Assembly: GCA_021730935.1 (NCBI GenBank)
Contig: JAKFYJ010000015.1
Coordinates: 6,760-70,759, forward strand
Source: Elusimicrobiota bacterium
GTDB taxonomy: Bacteria; Elusimicrobiota; Elusimicrobia; 2-02-FULL-39-32
Length of the DNA stretch: 64,000 nt
Reading direction: 5' to 3'
The notes below the pieces were generated by a model, which saw nothing but the letters and a program-made list of their open reading frames with translations, was not told the DNA's origin and did not search any database. Of this stretch, positions 61,704 to 64,000 are shown piece by piece; position 1 is the stretch's first letter, and each line of letters begins with the position of its first letter. The translations under genes were made by a program, and so were the position numbers.

Positions 61704-62792
61704 TTATCGGAAGGTGCGGCGGAGTTCTTTGCGGAGGAGGCGGGATTTTTTGCGGGCTTCCTTGCGGTTGAAACTCAGGGCGTCCAGGCGGCGAGCGGCG
61801 GATCTCACGAGCAGGGTCTGGAAGGGCGCTCCGCGGACCACGGCGCGATATTCGTTCAGGGCGTCGTCCTTTCTGTCCTCCGCTTCATAATATTTTCCGA
61901 GGACATATCGCGCGGCAAGGCTCAGGCGCGGGAACTGTTTTTGGCCGGCAAGGTCTTCTGCAATATTGAGCGATTCATGCCGCTCTCTCTGCGCGAACAA
62001 ACTCAGGCTGAGGCCCAGGCTCGCCAGGGCCTTGCGGCGGGGATTGTCCGAGAGTTTTCGAATCATTTTTTTGAAATGGTCTTCACCGGCCTGCGCGTTT
62101 CCGCTTTGGATGAGGTTCATTCCCTCCACAAACTCTTCTCCAAAAGGCGTGCGCACAACCTCAGGCGTGAAATCGGATTCGATCAGGAAAGTTTCAGCGG
62201 GAAGGCGTTCAAAACCCGGGCCATCGTCATAAGGCTCGGGGATGTTTTGAGGAGAGGCGGGCACTGCGGTCTTGGGGTCGGGAGACGCGCGCGCCATTTC
62301 GCTCTCGTCTTCGGCTTCGGGGTCTTCGTCCGCCCACTGTTTCTCCACGTTCACGCTCCCGGCCGCCACAATCTCGCCGGATTCCACCAGGATCAGCCGC
62401 GCGTTCACTTCCACTTCCTGATCGTCCAAATCAATCAGGGTCCCGTTCACGATCGCTTCCACTCCCAGAATTTTTCCGATTTTCTTCGCCGACTCCCCGT
62501 CCACCGCGCCGGAACTCTCCAGTTTCAGCTCCTTGAAAACATTTTCGATGAGCGAGCGTTCGATCACTTCCAGTTTGTTGATCTCAACCAGGTCCGTGGT
62601 CAAACGCTCAGAGATGATTGTGGACCCTTTGGACTGGCGTCCGTCATGATAAGGAAAAGGGAGGACCGCGACCCGGGCGTTCTTCAATTTCTTCGCGCCG
62701 TCGGACAGCTTTTTGGCCACCTTCTCAAGCGGATCGGCCCAGGCCGGAACCGCAAGAAAAACGAGGACGAGCAAAGACAGGAATTTCCTCAT
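61704..62792 (-). CDS. FlgO/CsgG-like exported protein with TPR-like C-terminus
   Basis: Signal peptide; VAVLPF, VIERS, IGKILGVEAIVNGT, VNARLI..ESGEI. Confidence 0.75.
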   Translation of the reverse strand: MRKFLSLLVLVFLAVPAWADPLEKVAKKLSDGAKKLKNARVAVLPFPYHDGRQSKGSTIISERLTTDLVEINKLEVIERSLIENVFKELKLESSGAVDGESAKKIGKILGVEAIVNGTLIDLDDQEVEVNARLILVESGEIVAAGSVNVEKQWADEDPEAEDESEMARASPDPKTAVPASPQNIPEPYDDGPGFERLPAETFLIESDFTPEVVRTPFGEEFVEGMNLIQSGNAQAGEDHFKKMIRKLSDNPRRKALASLGLSLSLFAQRERHESLNIAEDLAGQKQFPRLSLAARYVLGKYYEAEDRKDDALNEYRAVVRGAPFQTLLVRSAARRLDALSFNRKEARKKSRLLRKELRRTFR

Positions 62793-62879
62793 ATCGTCAA
62801 ATATAACAGGGAACCCGTTTGAATTCAAGACGCGCGATTTGCTACGCTATTGACGAAGCCACCCTGCGAAAGAGGAACC

Positions 62880-64000
62880 ATGAAAGCAGTCGTCATGGCC
62901 GGCGGGTTCGGAACGCGCCTGCGGCCTTTAACTTGCAACCTCCCCAAACCGATGGTCCCCATGGGCAACCGCCCGATGATGGAACACATCTTTTCCCTGC
63001 TGGAACAGCACAATTTCACCGATGTGTCCGCCATGCTTTATTTTTCTCCCGAAGACATCCGCGGATATTTTCAGGACGGAAAAAAGTTCGGGCTCAAGAT
63101 GAAATATTTTCTTCCCACCGGAGATTTGGGGACCGCCGGGTGCATCAAGTTCGCCCAGGAAGAGCTCGACGAGACTTTCCTGGTCATGTCCGGAGACGTG
63201 CTGACAGATTTTGACCTGACCGACGCGCTCAAGTTCCACAAAGAAAAAAAAGCCCTCGCCACCATGGTCCTCACTCGCGTCACCAACCCCCTGCCCTACG
63301 GCGTGGTGATCATCGACGAAGCCGGACGCATCACCCGATTCCTTGAGAAACCCTCCTGGGGCGAAGTTTTTTCCGACACCATCAACACGGGCATTTATAT
63401 CCTGGACCCCAAGGTGCTCGACGAAATCCCCGCGGACCGGAACTTTGATTTTTCCAAAGACCTCTTCCCCAAACTCCTGCAGGAAAAAAAGCCGATTTAT
63501 GGTTATGTCGCGAACGGATATTGGAAAGACGTGGGCGACCTCCGGGAATATCGCCTCGCGCACCAGGACATCCTTGAAGGCCGCGTCTCCATCAAAGTGC
63601 AGGGCAAGAAAATGCACTTCGTCAAAAAAGAGCATGAAGCCGTGGTCTGGGCGGACAAGGATGTGGACGTGCAGGACGGCGTGGAGTTTTATGGCAACTG
63701 CATCCTCGGGAAAAATTGCAGGATCGAGTCCGGCGCAAAAATCGAAAATTCCGTGATCGGCGAAAACTGCGTGATCGGAAGCGGAAGCCAAATTTCAGGG
63801 AGCGTGCTTTGGAAAAACGTCCGCGTGGGGCGGGAATCCGTGGTCCGAGAAGCCGTGATCGGCGAAAAGACTCTCATCGGAGACCGATGCCACATCCAGG
63901 TGGGCGCAACCATCGCGGACGAATGCGTGATCGGCACCGGCGCCCAGATCCGCGCCAACGTCAAAATCTGGCCTCACAAAATTTTGGAAGACGGGGCGGT
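62880..64000 (+). CDS. Sugar-phosphate nucleotidyltransferase (mannose-1-P guanylyltransferase-like), runs off window end
   Basis: Not in the ORF track. MKAVVMAGGFGTRLRPLTCNLPKPMVP...FLEKPSW...YWKDVG, then LbH repeats. Confidence 0.9.
   Translation, partial: MKAVVMAGGFGTRLRPLTCNLPKPMVPMGNRPMMEHIFSLLEQHNFTDVSAMLYFSPEDIRGYFQDGKKFGLKMKYFLPTGDLGTAGCIKFAQEELDETFLVMSGDVLTDFDLTDALKFHKEKKALATMVLTRVTNPLPYGVVIIDEAGRITRFLEKPSWGEVFSDTINTGIYILDPKVLDEIPADRNFDFSKDLFPKLLQEKKPIYGYVANGYWKDVGDLREYRLAHQDILEGRVSIKVQGKKMHFVKKEHEAVVWADKDVDVQDGVEFYGNCILGKNCRIESGAKIENSVIGENCVIGSGSQISGSVLWKNVRVGRESVVREAVIGEKTLIGDRCHIQVGATIADECVIGTGAQIRANVKIWPHKILEDGA

Overview
Gene-dense bacterial chromosomal window of moderate GC. 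The gene content suggests an Elusimicrobia/PVC-like diderm, but this is tentative. It is mostly housekeeping: valS, murC, lgt, cls, panD, queCFA, livMGF, a degP-like protease, can, tRNA-Glu and tRNA-Asn. I saw no CRISPR array, integrase or transposase. Five items stand out. (1) A perfect BirA-type operator (TTGTCAACC-N16-GGTTGACAA) heads a biotin operon that starts with an exported DUF4034/TPR-like gene, carries its own FabG and FabF, has no bioC/bioH/bioW, and ends in a CPBP protease. (2) A SAM-I riboswitch with a visible terminator/antiterminator controls a 'threonine synthase' paralogue, a ubiquitin-like sulfur carrier ending GG-I and a stand-alone NIL protein, probably a thiocarboxylate-dependent homocysteine route. 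(3) A Rieske/cytochrome b/pentaheme/monoheme cytochrome c operon runs on into a receiver protein and FixCX. (4) The apparent 'queD' has the PTPS-III (folate, FolB-bypass) motif. (5) Leaderless-gene architecture recurs across the window. All calls come from reading motifs by eye; no database searches were run.
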